Source: Candidatus Eiseniibacteriota bacterium (GTDB taxonomy: Bacteria > Eisenbacteria > RBG-16-71-46). Taken from it: DNA of 64,000 bases. This document shows, piece by piece, positions 62,981 to 64,000 of this stretch (within the stretch, counting starts at the first letter, position 1; the number at the start of each line of letters is the position of its first letter). The DNA lies in assembly GCA_963717935.1 (NCBI GenBank), contig CAVQXP010000001.1, forward strand, positions 181,714-245,713, in the 5' to 3' direction. The position numbers and the translations under genes were made by a program. The notes beneath the pieces were generated by a model. The model made no database searches, was not told the DNA's origin, and saw only the letters and a list, made by a program, of their open reading frames with translations.

Positions 62981-63132
62981 GAGGCTATCTCAAAAGTCGT
63001 GTAGTAAGTGTCATTCCCGTGAAAACGGGAATCCAGACTTCTTAAAACAAAATGGATTCCCACTGGAGTTTATTCAGATGTAAATCGGGATGGGAATGAC
63101 AATCGAGTAATTTCGACTTATGAGACAACCTC
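62981..63132. mobile_element. MITE-like element with about 19-bp imperfect terminal inverted repeats enclosing a REP doublet
   Basis: GAGGCTATCTCAAAAGTCG ... CGACTTATGAGACAACCTC (16/19 complementary); internal TGTCATTCCCGTGAAAACGGGAATCC...GGGAATGACA. Confidence 0.65.
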
Positions 63133-63259
63133 TTAGTTATACACCAAATATATACGGACTTTAGTCCAAGCACTAGTACAGAATTTGGCTAAAGTATAAT
63201 ATTAATTAAAATCATTTGCATGACTTAAAGGTCGTGACAATAATAACCAAGAAAGTATT

Positions 63260-63770
63260 ATGGAAATTCAAAAAGCATTACTTAACCGCAGAAGCATAAG
63301 AAAATATAAAGATCAAAAAATCAACAAAGAGGATATTGATAAAATACTTAAAGCCGCAATGTACGCGCCAAGTGCAATGAATTTGCAGCCGTGGCATTTT
63401 ATAGTTGTTGATGATAAAGAGATATTGATTGAAACTAGTTAAATCAATTCATTATGCTGAAATGTTAAAACAATCCGCCGCCGCAATTCTTGTTTGCGGT
63501 GATGCAGGTATTGAAAAAAACGAAAGCTGGCTCTTGCAGAATTGTTCTGCTTCAATACAAAATATTTTACTTTCAGCGCACGGGTTGGGAATTGGTTCCT
63601 GCTGGATTGCAATACATGGAATGGATGATGTTTACGCTAAAATTAAAACACAATTTAAACTGCCGGAAAATATTGTTCCTGTTTCCTTAATTTCTCTCGG
63701 CTATCCGGATGAAGAAGTAAAAGCAGAAGAAAGATTTATTGCAGAGAAAATTCATAACAACAAATGGTAG
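63260..63770 (+). CDS. Nitroreductase family protein; frameshift near 63435
   Basis: RRSIRKY, APSAMNLQPWHF, QNILL.AH.LG.GSCW, LGYP. Confidence 0.9.
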
Positions 63771-63794
63771 TTTTAAGCAAGACCGGAGGCAAAA

Positions 63795-64000
63795 TTGAAC
63801 GAAGTAAAATCAAATAAAGATTATAATCCTGAAATGCATTCTGCGGAACACATTCTTAATCAGACTATGGTAAGAATGTTTAATAAAGGCAGATCTTTCA
63901 GCAATCATATAGAAAAGAAAAAATCCAAATGCGATTATCATTTCGATCGTAATCTTACAGAAGAAGAAGTTGAGACTATTAACAAAAAAGTTAATGAAAT
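63795..64000 (+). CDS. Free-standing AlaX-like tRNA editing protein, 3'-truncated by the window edge
   Basis: GGAGG RBS, TTG start, MHSAEHILN (HxxxH), K.DY.F...L..EE...I...VNE. Confidence 0.7.
   Translation, partial: MNEVKSNKDYNPEMHSAEHILNQTMVRMFNKGRSFSNHIEKKKSKCDYHFDRNLTEEEVETINKKVNE

Overview
This window does not look like one genome. It reads as three fragments joined mid-gene. (1) 1 to ~39223 is a very GC-rich bacterial segment (about 70% by eye). It carries an actP acetate-permease locus beside a Cache-PAS-CBS-DUF294 nucleotidyltransferase fusion and a metallophosphoesterase, peptidases, nfeD/SPFH, thrC, rsgA, a bshC-bshB1-bshA bacillithiol operon, murJ/uppP, an ECF sigma factor, hsp20-dnaK, nuoI, dcd and a truncated moaB/mog. 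(2) ~39224 to ~40998 is a mid-GC fragment with the 3' end of nifI2 and most of a group II nifD, as in methanogens and strict anaerobes. (3) ~40999 to 64000 is an AT-rich segment, probably Ignavibacteria-like (inference). It carries rnf(G)EA, a Tat-exported NusG-II-domain gene, apbE, rnfB, rseC, pepF, tRNA-Lys, slyD, a DUF559 endonuclease framed by REP-like arrays and IS-like inverted repeats, a shredded ABC-ATPase and many nested palindromic repeats. Conserved genes carry frequent single-base frameshifts, most simply explained as long-read indel errors. The best candidates for undescribed biology are the membrane Cache-sensor/nucleotidyltransferase plus phosphoesterase module next to actP, and the REP-flanked DUF559 cassette. 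No CRISPR array or rRNA was seen. All family calls come from motif recognition, not database searches.
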